From assembly GCA_944383375.1 (NCBI GenBank), contig CALWPG010000001.1, forward strand, positions 46,827 through 110,826: a stretch of DNA of 64,000 nucleotides. Reading direction: 5' to 3'. Below, piece by piece: positions 50,506 to 59,395 of this stretch. This DNA comes from an uncultured Clostridia bacterium (lineage in GTDB: Bacteria > Bacillota > Clostridia > Christensenellales > UBA1242). Within the stretch, counting starts at the first letter, position 1, and each line of letters opens with the position of its first letter. Position numbers and translations under genes: made by a program. Under the pieces are notes generated by a model. That model worked only from the letters and a program-made list of their open reading frames with translations. It had not been told where the DNA came from and searched no databases.

Positions 50506-51738
50506 ATGCAAAATAAAAAAATCATTCTTCATTGCGATGCCAATAATTTTTATGCTTCCTGCGAATGTGCATTGAATCCTTCAATCAAAGACCAACCTGT
50601 TGCCGTGACCGGTGAAGTAAGTAAAAGAAATGGAATTGTACTTGCAAAAAACGAACTGGCAAAAAAATACGGTGTTAAAACTGGAGATGTGATTTTTGAG
50701 GCAAAAAGAAAATGTCCTGATCTTGTTTGCGTTCGACCACACCATAAAGTTTATGAAAAATATTCAAGAAGAATAAGATCAATCTATGAAGAATATACCG
50801 ACAAAGTGGAGCCTTTTGGAATTGATGAGTGTTGGCTTGATATAACAGATACATTAAAATTTTTTGGATCTGCCATGGATGTGGCAAACACACTTAGAAA
50901 AAGAGTTAAAGAAGAATTGGGGTTGACAATTTCTGTAGGTATCAGCTTTTCAAAAACTTTTGCAAAACTCGGTAGCGATATGAAAAAACCGGATGCTGTC
51001 ACGGTTATTTCTTTTGATAACTTTAAATCTATGACCTATCACCTTCCACTGAGCAGCATAATTGGTATTGGTAGAAAACTTGAGGCAAAATTAAACAGAC
51101 TAAATATTTTTACCTTAGGTGACTTGGCAAAATATGACGAGAATATAATAAAAAAAAAATTTGGCATTGTTGGTGAAAAATTACAAAAAAGTGTTCAAGG
51201 CATTGATGATGATGAGGTTCAAAGTGTCAACGACAGAAAAATAGCAAAAAGTGTTGGAAATGGAACAACCACACTTGTGGATGTAAAAAACAAAAAGGAA
51301 CTCAGAAGTGTTGTCATGTTTTTGTGTGATGAAATTGCAACAAGGCTTAGAGCCAAGCATCTCGCAGGCTCAACAATTTCTGTCAGCATTAGAAAAAACG
51401 ACCTTTCTTGGAGCAGTAAAAGTCACACTATAGCCAAAAACACCAATACATCTAAAGAAATATACCTTGCCGCTATGGATATTATTGACCAAATTTGGAA
51501 AGAAACCTGTCCACTTAGGAGCATAAGAATCAGTGTATCGAACTTGGACAGTGACAACCTAACGCAAATGGATTTGTTTGACACTCAAAACAACAGAAAT
51601 AAATTGGAAAATACCATAGACAAAATAAGACAAAAATATGGCTATGATAGTATTTCACCATTGATTACAAAAAACAGCAAACTTATAAACAAAGAGGCAT
51701 TAAGAATTGAAGATGACGAAGATGACGATTTATTTTAA
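50506..51738 (+). CDS. dinB: DNA polymerase IV (Y family)
   Basis: HCDANNFYAS, GIDE, KKPD and C-terminal QMDLF clamp motif. Confidence 0.92.
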   Translation: MQNKKIILHCDANNFYASCECALNPSIKDQPVAVTGEVSKRNGIVLAKNELAKKYGVKTGDVIFEAKRKCPDLVCVRPHHKVYEKYSRRIRSIYEEYTDKVEPFGIDECWLDITDTLKFFGSAMDVANTLRKRVKEELGLTISVGISFSKTFAKLGSDMKKPDAVTVISFDNFKSMTYHLPLSSIIGIGRKLEAKLNRLNIFTLGDLAKYDENIIKKKFGIVGEKLQKSVQGIDDDEVQSVNDRKIAKSVGNGTTTLVDVKNKKELRSVVMFLCDEIATRLRAKHLAGSTISVSIRKNDLSWSSKSHTIAKNTNTSKEIYLAAMDIIDQIWKETCPLRSIRISVSNLDSDNLTQMDLFDTQNNRNKLENTIDKIRQKYGYDSISPLITKNSKLINKEALRIEDDEDDDLF

Positions 51739-52272
51739 CTTTTTTGCATAGATGTCAAGCCCCTTCTCTACCTTTTCAACATACGTCTTGGTTTCTTGGT
51801 ATGGAATGACATCAAGTGTTTTGCCATCACTTGAATAATCGCTGTTTTTTAGCCAGGTTCTTACAACGCCTTCCCCTGCATTGTAGGCACACAAGACAAC
51901 TCGTGTATCTTCAAAAATATTTTCTAGGTATGATAGATAATATGTCCCCAGCCTTATGTTGTACTCTGGAAGATATAACATATCTTGACTATATTCAATT
52001 CCCATTTTTTTTGCTAACCATTCCCCTGTGGATGGCAAGATTTGCATAAGTCCGATTGCACCTTTTGTTGAAACTGCGTTTGCATCAAAACTACTCTCTG
52101 CATTAATTAAACTTGCAACTAAATTGCTTTCCACTTCATACTGTGATGAATAGGATATGATTGTATCTTTATACTTAATTGGATAAAGAATATAACTTAA
52201 ACATAAAAAAAGATATATGCCCACAATGGCAATAGTCACAAAAATAATTGATATGACTGCAGCTTTTTTCAT
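51730..52272 (-). CDS. Lytic transglycosylase (SLT domain)
   Basis: AESSF, GAIGLMQI and AYNAG. Confidence 0.9.
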   Translation of the reverse strand: MKKAAVISIIFVTIAIVGIYLFLCLSYILYPIKYKDTIISYSSQYEVESNLVASLINAESSFDANAVSTKGAIGLMQILPSTGEWLAKKMGIEYSQDMLYLPEYNIRLGTYYLSYLENIFEDTRVVLCAYNAGEGVVRTWLKNSDYSSDGKTLDVIPYQETKTYVEKVEKGLDIYAKKLK

Positions 52273-52317
52273 ATATGTATTTTATGAAAAAAGCAACTTT
52301 TTAATACAAATTAAATT

Positions 52318-52648
52318 GAGATTTCTCGCTTCGCTCGAAATGACACATAGGCAAAAACTGCGCTGACGGCACACTTTTGCCACAAGTGGCAAAAGGTAGT
52401 GCTTGGTGCTTGTTTTTGCCTGATTCTCGTGGCCAAACGAAAATCGCACTTCGTTGGCGATTTTGCCACGACTCCAAGGAAGGAATGCGCTGCATTCCTT
52501 GGCTCTGAAATGCCTCACAATGTTCGACAAGACACCGCAGACCCTTGTCATCCCTAGGAACTTTTGTTCTAAGGAATCTCACCCAAGAAATGCAATGGAT
52601 ACCTCACTTCGTTTGGGATGACACAAAGGAATGTGTTTCGACATGACA
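52318..52648. repeat. REP-like hairpin cluster enclosing a GC-rich multi-stem element
   Basis: Units at 52318-52345, 52546-52580 and 52597-52623, partial units at 52507-52534 and 52637-52648; three further stem-loops at 52349-52502. Confidence 0.8.
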
Positions 52649-52695
52649 CGGAGTGGTGTCGCTCAAAATATATCACTTGAAATAAAGCAATGAAA

Positions 52696-53229
52696 TTAAA
52701 TAATTAATTGTTTTTTAACTAAATTAGCAAGAGAAATTGTTAAAATAATTGATAACAATATGCCAGATAAAATATCTGTGAAATAATGTTGCCCTAGATA
52801 CATCCTGGATATTGCCACAAAAATTAAAAATAAAATGCACAAAGCTACCAAAAATATTTTAGTCCATTTTTTCTTGCATTTTTGTAAAATAAAAATAATT
52901 AAAAAAATTATCATCGTGGTAGCACAAATCATATGTCCACTAGGAAAACTTTGACCAAGTGCCTCAGCTTTGTTTATTATGTTTGCATCAATTTCAAATG
53001 GTCGTGGTCTATTGAAAAAAAATTTTAATATGTAATTAAAACAAACATTAATTGTGGTGCAAAGCGCATAATAAATTGCAAATTTTTTATTAGCAAAAAA
53101 TAAAAAGAAAATAAATAATAAAAATGCACCCAAAAAACTTGCAAATAAGCTTATTATCCAAAAAAACATATCAAAAAACCCATTTTGTATGCTTTGAATA
53201 ATTTTAATTAATTCTAACTCCCACTGCAT
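52696..53229 (-). CDS. PAP2 family phosphatase
   Basis: K..FNRPRP, SFPSGH and SRMYLGQHYFTD. Confidence 0.92.
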   Translation of the reverse strand: MQWELELIKIIQSIQNGFFDMFFWIISLFASFLGAFLLFIFFLFFANKKFAIYYALCTTINVCFNYILKFFFNRPRPFEIDANIINKAEALGQSFPSGHMICATTMIIFLIIFILQKCKKKWTKIFLVALCILFLIFVAISRMYLGQHYFTDILSGILLSIILTISLANLVKKQLII

Positions 53230-53318
53230 GATATTATTATATCAAAAAAATAAAATTTTCCAATAAAAATAATGAGGTTTCTAATTTATAATAAAAACAG
53301 CGACATTGAGAATGTTTA

Positions 53319-53352
53319 GAGATTCCTCGTGGCAAAGCCACTCGGAATGACA
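53319..53352. repeat. REP-like hairpin unit
   Basis: GAGATTCCTCGTGGCAAAGCCACTCGGAATGACA. Confidence 0.85.
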
Positions 53353-53475
53353 GAAAATCTTTTATGATTTTGTGCCATTTTTTACGATTATTCTGCGTAT
53401 TTTGACATTTTCACGACCATTCTTCGTATATTTGAAAAAATAACACAAAATCAGGGTCTTTTACTAATTTATAAT

Positions 53476-53512
53476 AAAAAAACACTAGTATGTTTTTAGC
53501 ATACGAGTGTTT
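53476..53512 (-). terminator. Probable terminator downstream of spoIVA
   Basis: AAACACTCGTATG..CATACTAGTGTTT followed by a T-run. Confidence 0.6.
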
Positions 53513-53542
53513 ATAAGGTATCATGTCAAGCGATGGCCTACA

Positions 53543-53615
53543 TGTCCTTTCGAACGAAGTGAGAAATATCATTGCGCCGGGCAAGATTCCTCGTGGCAAA
53601 GCCCTCGGAATGACA
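53543..53615. repeat. Inverted pair of REP-like units
   Basis: TGTCCTTTCGAACGAAGTGAGAAATATC and AGATTCCTCGTGGCAAAGCCCTCGGAATGACA. Confidence 0.8.
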
Positions 53616-53631
53616 ATGTTTTACCATTAGC

Positions 53632-55107
53632 TTACAGTAGGATACAGATTATTCCGCCTTTGCCCTCGTTGACAATTCTGCCAACAGTTTTTCTCATTTT
53701 GCGTTGCGCTTCAAGTGGCATGGCTGTGAGTTTATCGGAAATGCCATCACTCACCAATGATTCAAGGGTTTTGCCAAACATATTGGTCTGCCATACACTT
53801 TCTGGATTGGTCTCAAATTCGTCTTTAAGATATTGAACTAAGTCTTTTGATTGTTCTTCTGTCCCAACCAATGGGTTGATCTCGGTTTCAACATCGACCT
53901 TCATGATGTGCAAGCTTGGTGCAGTTGCTTTGATTTTTACACCATATCTTCCACCTTGTTTTACCACTTGTGGAGCTTCGAGCACCATGCTATCAAGTTT
54001 TGGAACAACAACTCCATAACCATTTTCATCAACTTCGTCAAGTGCTTTGGCAAGTTTGTCATATTGAGTTTTGGCAAATGCTAGTTCTTTGATATAGCGC
54101 ACAAGATGGAAATCGTCTTGAATTGGTGTTCCACACTGATTGGATAGCACTTTGTAGAACAGAGATTGACGAGGTTTTACATCAAACATTATTGTGCCCT
54201 CACCCATCCTTATTGAGCCAATAGTGAGAGGTTCAAAATCTTCACTTTCCAAAAAGGCAACATTGGTTTTATCTATCTGTCCTATTTTTTCTGCACCTTC
54301 ACCAAACTTTTTGACTTCTTCAATTATATCGCAAATGATTTTATCGTCGCCGTCAAGTGCACACAACCAATCTGGCATTCTGACCTTTAAAGAACGTATA
54401 GGGAATTCAAGTAATACTTTTTCAAAAATGTCCTGAATATCATTTTCAGATAATTCTTTAACATTTATTGCAAGTGTTGAGACATCGTATTTTTGTTGTA
54501 AACTTTTTGCTAGGTTTTGAGTTTCTTCACTTTTAGGATTCTTTGAATTTACAACTAATACAAAAGGCTTTCCCGTGTTTTTGAGTTCATCCACCACTTT
54601 TTGCTCTGCCTCAACATAGGCCGAACGAGGCAAATCACTGATAGTACCATCGGTGGTGATTGCAATACCTATGGTTGAATGTTCTGTTATGACCTTCTCA
54701 GTTCCAATGCGTGCAGCTTCTTCAAAAGGCATTTCTTTTTCTGACCAAGGTGTTTTGACTAATCTTGGTTTATCATTTTCTTCATGACCCATAGCACCAC
54801 TTATAAGATATCCGACACAGTCAACCAATCTTACAGACAGATCAACATTGTCCAAATGCACGTTTATGGCATTTTCAGGAACAAACTTGGGCTGAGTTGT
54901 CATGATTGTTTTACCCTCAGCACTTTGAGGTAATTCATCAATCGCTCTTTCCTTTTGTTGTTCGTTCTTTATATTTGGAATGACCAAATTTTGCATAAAT
55001 CGTGATATAAACATAGATTTACCACTTCTTACAGGTCCAACCACTCCTATATATATATCACCATTGGTGCGCTTTTTTATGTCTTCGTATATTTCAAATC
55101 TTTCCAT
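53632..55107 (-). CDS. spoIVA: Stage IV sporulation protein A
   Basis: IYIGVVGPVRSGKS, DELPQS and terminal GGIICILL; ATG 55107 downstream of GGAGG. Confidence 0.97.
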   Translation of the reverse strand: MERFEIYEDIKKRTNGDIYIGVVGPVRSGKSMFISRFMQNLVIPNIKNEQQKERAIDELPQSAEGKTIMTTQPKFVPENAINVHLDNVDLSVRLVDCVGYLISGAMGHEENDKPRLVKTPWSEKEMPFEEAARIGTEKVITEHSTIGIAITTDGTISDLPRSAYVEAEQKVVDELKNTGKPFVLVVNSKNPKSEETQNLAKSLQQKYDVSTLAINVKELSENDIQDIFEKVLLEFPIRSLKVRMPDWLCALDGDDKIICDIIEEVKKFGEGAEKIGQIDKTNVAFLESEDFEPLTIGSIRMGEGTIMFDVKPRQSLFYKVLSNQCGTPIQDDFHLVRYIKELAFAKTQYDKLAKALDEVDENGYGVVVPKLDSMVLEAPQVVKQGGRYGVKIKATAPSLHIMKVDVETEINPLVGTEEQSKDLVQYLKDEFETNPESVWQTNMFGKTLESLVSDGISDKLTAMPLEAQRKMRKTVGRIVNEGKGGIICILL

Positions 55108-55128
55108 ATAACCTCCGTGTGATACTTT

Positions 55129-55157
55129 AATGTATGATGTCAAAATTTGTAATATGC
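55129..55157 (-). promoter_or_regulatory. sigma-E promoter of spoIVA
   Basis: GCATATT-14 nt-CATACATT matches the mother-cell sigma-E consensus; spoIVA is a known sigma-E target. Confidence 0.8.
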
Positions 55158-55181
55158 CTAAATAAAAAAAATTATAAAAAT

Positions 55182-55195
55182 AGAACAAATGTTTG
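55182..55195 (+). promoter_or_regulatory. LexA (SOS) box overlapping the -35 region of the HTH gene promoter
   Basis: AGAACAAATGTTTG fits GAAC-N4-GTTY; TGcTATAAT at 55212-55220. Confidence 0.6.
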
Positions 55196-55235
55196 TTTTT
55201 TGTTAAAAGTGTGCTATAATAGTCATGGAGGAAAG

Positions 55236-55535
55236 ATGAAACAATATTTGATTTTTGGAATTTTTTTATTTGTTTTAAATAGACAAAAAACAACTGCTAA
55301 AGAAATAGCAGAATGTTTTGAAATAAGTACAAGGACGGTGTATAGATACATAGATTGCCTTTGCATGTCGGGAGTAAAGATCACCTCTAGTATTGGCAAA
55401 AATGGTGGCATTTCCATAAACAAAGATTTCAACATTGAAAATTATGTTTTATCCAATGATGAAAAGCAATTGATTAAAAACAATATTAGACAATATGACC
55501 CTCAGGTGTCAAGGGTGATCAATAAGATATGTTGA
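55236..55535 (+). CDS. HTH_11 protein resembling the N-terminus of YafY/WYL regulators, without a WYL domain
   Basis: TAKEIAECFEISTRTVYRYID..GKNGG; GGAGG RBS. Confidence 0.8.
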   Translation: MKQYLIFGIFLFVLNRQKTTAKEIAECFEISTRTVYRYIDCLCMSGVKITSSIGKNGGISINKDFNIENYVLSNDEKQLIKNNIRQYDPQVSRVINKIC

Positions 55536-55546
55536 AGAATGTTTAT

Positions 55547-56653
55547 TTATCTTTTCGCATATTTATTCATTGAATTTGGCTTGTAATCTGCTAATACGCT
55601 TGATGTGAATGTATATTTATGCTTATTTTGACGATTGAAGCGAGAGATGGCAATTTGAATAAGTTTGTCTAAGAGTTCAAAAAAATCATATTTATTTTTC
55701 CATAAATAAAATGCAAGAGAGCCCGGTATTGTGTTTATCTCGTTGATATAAACCTCGTCATCTTTGACCATATAATCTATTCTGACAACTCCCGAGAGGT
55801 CAAAAATTTTCCAAACTTTTTGGGAAATATTTTTAATTTCATCTATTACACCCTTGCCAAGGTTCGGATCTAAAATTTTCTTTGCATGACTATCGGTATA
55901 TTTTTTATCAAAATCCAAAAAGTTTTGCCATGAAAGTGGCTGCTCAAGTCTTGAAAATTCTGGCCGTGTATCGCCAAGACAAGAAATGTTTATTTCTTTG
56001 AAGTCCTCAAGGCATTTTTCAACAATTACCCTACTATCATAGTAAAAAGCTATTTCTATTGCTTGGGAAAGTGACTTTAAATCTGTTGATTTGTTTATAC
56101 CAATACTACTACCCAAATTTGATGGTTTGACAATCAGAGGAAAACCCAAGGCATTTACTATTTCTTCAAGTTTGCTTTCTTTGTCATCATCAGCAGTTAT
56201 CAGTCTATAATCAACGCAATTTATGTTATTAGCTTTAAATATATCTTTCATAATAACTTTATCCATGCAAGTGCTACTTCCTAGTATTGATGACGAAGTG
56301 ATTGGAATATGCGCCAAATTCATCACAGCATTCAATGTTCCGTCCTCTCCGCTGTTGCCATGACAACAATTTATTGCACAATCTATCTTCATTCTCTTTT
56401 TAAACAAATTTTTAACAATAACCTCACCTTTGCCGTAAGCGAATGTAACTTTCTTAAATTTCTCTACTTCACCTATGTATGTTTTGGGGTTAGTGTAATC
56501 ATCTGGAATTATAAATTCGCAGTTATGTGTTTGATAGATCGGTATAATATTATATTTTTTTTTATCTAAGTTTTGCATAACTTGAAGAGCAGTTAACACA
56601 GAAATATCATGTTCCACACTTTTTCCACCATACAAAATTGCTATATTTTGCAT
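55547..56653 (-). CDS. ddl: D-alanine--D-alanine ligase
   Basis: GGKSVEHDISV, HG..GEDG, GSSIGI and NEINTIPG. Confidence 0.92.
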   Translation of the reverse strand: MQNIAILYGGKSVEHDISVLTALQVMQNLDKKKYNIIPIYQTHNCEFIIPDDYTNPKTYIGEVEKFKKVTFAYGKGEVIVKNLFKKRMKIDCAINCCHGNSGEDGTLNAVMNLAHIPITSSSILGSSTCMDKVIMKDIFKANNINCVDYRLITADDDKESKLEEIVNALGFPLIVKPSNLGSSIGINKSTDLKSLSQAIEIAFYYDSRVIVEKCLEDFKEINISCLGDTRPEFSRLEQPLSWQNFLDFDKKYTDSHAKKILDPNLGKGVIDEIKNISQKVWKIFDLSGVVRIDYMVKDDEVYINEINTIPGSLAFYLWKNKYDFFELLDKLIQIAISRFNRQNKHKYTFTSSVLADYKPNSMNKYAKR

Positions 56654-56792
56654 TGCACACACCTCACCTATATTTTTATTCAAATAAACATATATTGGTG
56701 AAAAAAAACATAAACTTTAAACAAATTAAAAAAATTGTATTGTAATTTTGCTATTTAGATGTTATAATAAGTCGAAAGAGTTAGGAGGAAAT

Positions 56793-57023
56793 ATGTTTTC
56801 ATTACTTTTAGAGGCAACATTGCTTGAGTTTTTGCAAACACCTAATAAATTGGTAGGAATTATCTTGGCAGCCCTGGGCTTCGCTTTGTCTATCCTTGCA
56901 AAGAAAATAACTAAAGTAGCAAGGAAGACGGATAATCCAAGCAGTAAGGACCCTATTTACCTTATATTGCTAGCTGTAGCATTGTGTCTGATACTAGTTG
57001 GTATGATAATTACAATAGTATAA
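56793..57023 (+). CDS. Small two-TM membrane protein
   Basis: AGGAGG RBS, upstream TGtTATAAT and downstream terminator. Confidence 0.7.
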   Translation: MFSLLLEATLLEFLQTPNKLVGIILAALGFALSILAKKITKVARKTDNPSSKDPIYLILLAVALCLILVGMIITIV

Positions 57024-57035
57024 TAATTTCTCACA

Positions 57036-57062
57036 AAGCACTCAAACGTAGTGCTTTTTTTT
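57036..57062 (+). terminator. Intrinsic terminator
   Basis: AAAGCACT..AGTGCTTT followed by a T-run. Confidence 0.7.
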
Positions 57063-57139
57063 ATAATTTGGGAACATTTTAAAGATTTTTTTCGTATTCT
57101 ATTGACTTTAAGAAAATTATATAACATAATGATATTACT

Positions 57140-57583
57140 ATGAAAAAAGCAATTTTATACACTGATGGTGCCTGTTCTAACAACCCTGGCATGGGGGGAT
57201 GGGCATGTATTCTTAAATTTAATAGAAAAGTAACGGAAAACTCTGGTTTTGAAGCCGACACAACCAACAACAAGATGGAACTTATGGCAGTTATCAAAGG
57301 GCTTGAGATGTTGCCTGAAAAGTGCAATGTTGAAATATTTAGTGATAGTGCATATGTTGTCAACGCATTTTTGCAGGATTGGATTACGACTTGGGAAAAA
57401 AGAAATTGGCGCAATTCTGAAGGCAAAGTTGTTAAAAACTTGGAGCTTTGGCAAAGGCTTATTGAGTTGAATGCATACCATAAAATAAAATGGAACAAAG
57501 TCAAAGGACACAGTGATGATGAATTGAATAACCGCTGCGATCAGTTGGCTAAAGATGAAATTATAAAACACTTATCTGATTAA
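57140..57583 (+). CDS. rnhA: Ribonuclease HI
   Basis: YTDGACSNNPG, TTNNKMEL, SDS and KVKGH..N.RCD. Confidence 0.96.
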   Translation: MKKAILYTDGACSNNPGMGGWACILKFNRKVTENSGFEADTTNNKMELMAVIKGLEMLPEKCNVEIFSDSAYVVNAFLQDWITTWEKRNWRNSEGKVVKNLELWQRLIELNAYHKIKWNKVKGHSDDELNNRCDQLAKDEIIKHLSD

Positions 57584-57610
57584 AAAAACTAGGACAAACC
57601 TAGTTTTTTT
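57582..57610. terminator. Bidirectional terminator
   Basis: A7-CTAGG-ACAAA-CCTAG-T7 between convergent genes. Confidence 0.85.
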
Positions 57611-58307
57611 AATTGTTATATATTATTCTTCGGCAATGTTCACATTCCAAAAAACCATTGCGCTTTAATTTGTCTAAATTGGCCGATGGCAATTCCATCC
57701 TACACCCACCACAGGCCTTATCAACGACTGGGACAAAGATAGGAAATACCTTGTCCGCTCTTCGCTGCTTGTATTTTGACAAAAATGTAGGATCCATATT
57801 TTCTTCAACTTTTTTTATTTCCTGTTTTAAACTATCAATTTGGGGTTTTAATTTGTTTGAAAGAGCCTCAAATGCTTGTTTATGAAGAGTATATTTTTTT
57901 CTTGCATCATTGTACCTTTTTCTAGCAGCATCAAACTCACCAAGACAAGAATTGACCTGCTCAGCAAATGCCAACATTTTTTTCTCTAAAATATCTATAT
58001 TATCTATCATGCCTTTTGTGGTAGAAACAAGTTTTTCAAGTTCTTCCTTAGAAATGTCGCTTGTTTTTTTATTGACAAGTTCGCCACATTTTTTTATATT
58101 GTCGTCATATGCCTTTTTTAAATCTGAATACTGTTTTATCAGTTGTCCAGCTTCTTTTTCCAGATTGTTGGATTTGTTTTGTGCATCTTTGACAACATTT
58201 ATCATAGCATGATAAATTTTCTTATCTTCGCTTTCATCAAGTTGCCTTTCAAGTTTCAAAATTTCAAAATCTTGTTTTTGATAGGCCAAAATTTGTTGTA
58301 TATCCAT
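57609..58307 (-). CDS. Coiled-coil protein with a C4 zinc ribbon (DUF164-like)
   Basis: Long coiled coil followed by CGGC..CEHCRRIIY. Confidence 0.85.
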   Translation of the reverse strand: MDIQQILAYQKQDFEILKLERQLDESEDKKIYHAMINVVKDAQNKSNNLEKEAGQLIKQYSDLKKAYDDNIKKCGELVNKKTSDISKEELEKLVSTTKGMIDNIDILEKKMLAFAEQVNSCLGEFDAARKRYNDARKKYTLHKQAFEALSNKLKPQIDSLKQEIKKVEENMDPTFLSKYKQRRADKVFPIFVPVVDKACGGCRMELPSANLDKLKRNGFLECEHCRRIIYNN

Positions 58308-58335
58308 AATTACTCCTTTCTATAGGATAAAGTCA

Positions 58336-59391
58336 TCACTCCATAAAGTCAACAAGTTTTTTGCTTCTATTTGGATTTCTAAGTTTTTTTAATGCTTTTG
58401 CTTCTATCTGTCTTATACGCTCTCTTGTAACATTAAACTCCTTGCCTACTTCCTCTAAAGTTCTAGGATGAGAGTCATCAAGTCCATATCTAAGTCTTAT
58501 AACTTTTTGCTCGCGTGGGGTCAAAGTTTCAATTACCCCTAATAACTGTTCTCTGAGTAGATTTTGAGTTGCGACTTCAACAGGTGATTTAACAAGCTCA
58601 TCTTCAATAAAATCTGCCATTTTGCTGTCTTCTTCCTCGCCAACAGGAGTATCAATTGAAATTGGTTCCTGTGCAATTTTTTGAATTTCAGCCACTCTTT
58701 CTTCAGTTACATCCATGGCTTTGGCAATCTCCTCTAAAGTTGGATCTCTGCCCAATTCTTGAAGAAGTTGACGTTTGACACGTGTGAGTTTGTGAATGGT
58801 TTCAACCATATGGACTGGAATTCTTATTGTACGAGCCTGATCTGCCATAGCACGTGTAATGGATTGACGAATCCACCACGTTGCGTATGTGGAAAATCTG
58901 AAGCCTTTAGTGTGGTCAAATTTTTCAACGGCTTTCAAGAGTCCAATATTGCCCTCTTGGATAAGATCCAAAAATTGCATACTTGTTCTTCCAGCGTATC
59001 TTTTTGCTATGCTAACCACAAGCCTTAGGTTTGCTTCTGAAAGTTTTGCCTTTGCATATTCATCACCGTTAAGCATGCGTTTTGCAAGATCAATTTCTTC
59101 TTCACTGGTAAGAAGTGGGACTTTCCCTATATCCTTTAAATACATCTTTACAGGGTCATCAACACTTACTTGGCTGACTAAATCATCAAAATTTTCTTTC
59201 TCTACATCTGGGTTTTCAGCTTTGATAATTTTTATATTTGCATTTTCTATTGCTTGCATAACCTGTTCTATCTCTTCAGCTGATGCCTCATGTTTGAGCA
59301 AACGGAAATATATATCCTCTTCGTTTAGAGAACTTTTTTTGGTGCCTATTTCAATTAACTTTGCAAGTTCTTGTTCTAATTTTTCTCTCAA
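58336..59391 (-). CDS. sigA: Primary sigma factor
   Basis: [28 protein letters not shown] and [10 protein letters not shown]. Confidence 0.97.
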   Translation of the reverse strand: MREKLEQELAKLIEIGTKKSSLNEEDIYFRLLKHEASAEEIEQVMQAIENANIKIIKAENPDVEKENFDDLVSQVSVDDPVKMYLKDIGKVPLLTSEEEIDLAKRMLNGDEYAKAKLSEANLRLVVSIAKRYAGRTSMQFLDLIQEGNIGLLKAVEKFDHTKGFRFSTYATWWIRQSITRAMADQARTIRIPVHMVETIHKLTRVKRQLLQELGRDPTLEEIAKAMDVTEERVAEIQKIAQEPISIDTPVGEEEDSKMADFIEDELVKSPVEVATQNLLREQLLGVIETLTPREQKVIRLRYGLDDSHPRTLEEVGKEFNVTRERIRQIEAKALKKLRNPNRSKKLVDFME

Positions 59392-59395
59392 ATTT

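Noticed and set aside
52282-52582. ORFs of 89 and 93 aa across the repeat cluster
   Set aside because: They are translations of GC-rich palindromic repeats (CHFERSEKS) with no family motif
55108-55293. 62-aa N-terminal extension of SpoIVA in the ORF track
   Set aside because: The RBS and sigma-E promoter place the start at 55107; the extension overlaps promoters and the divergent gene
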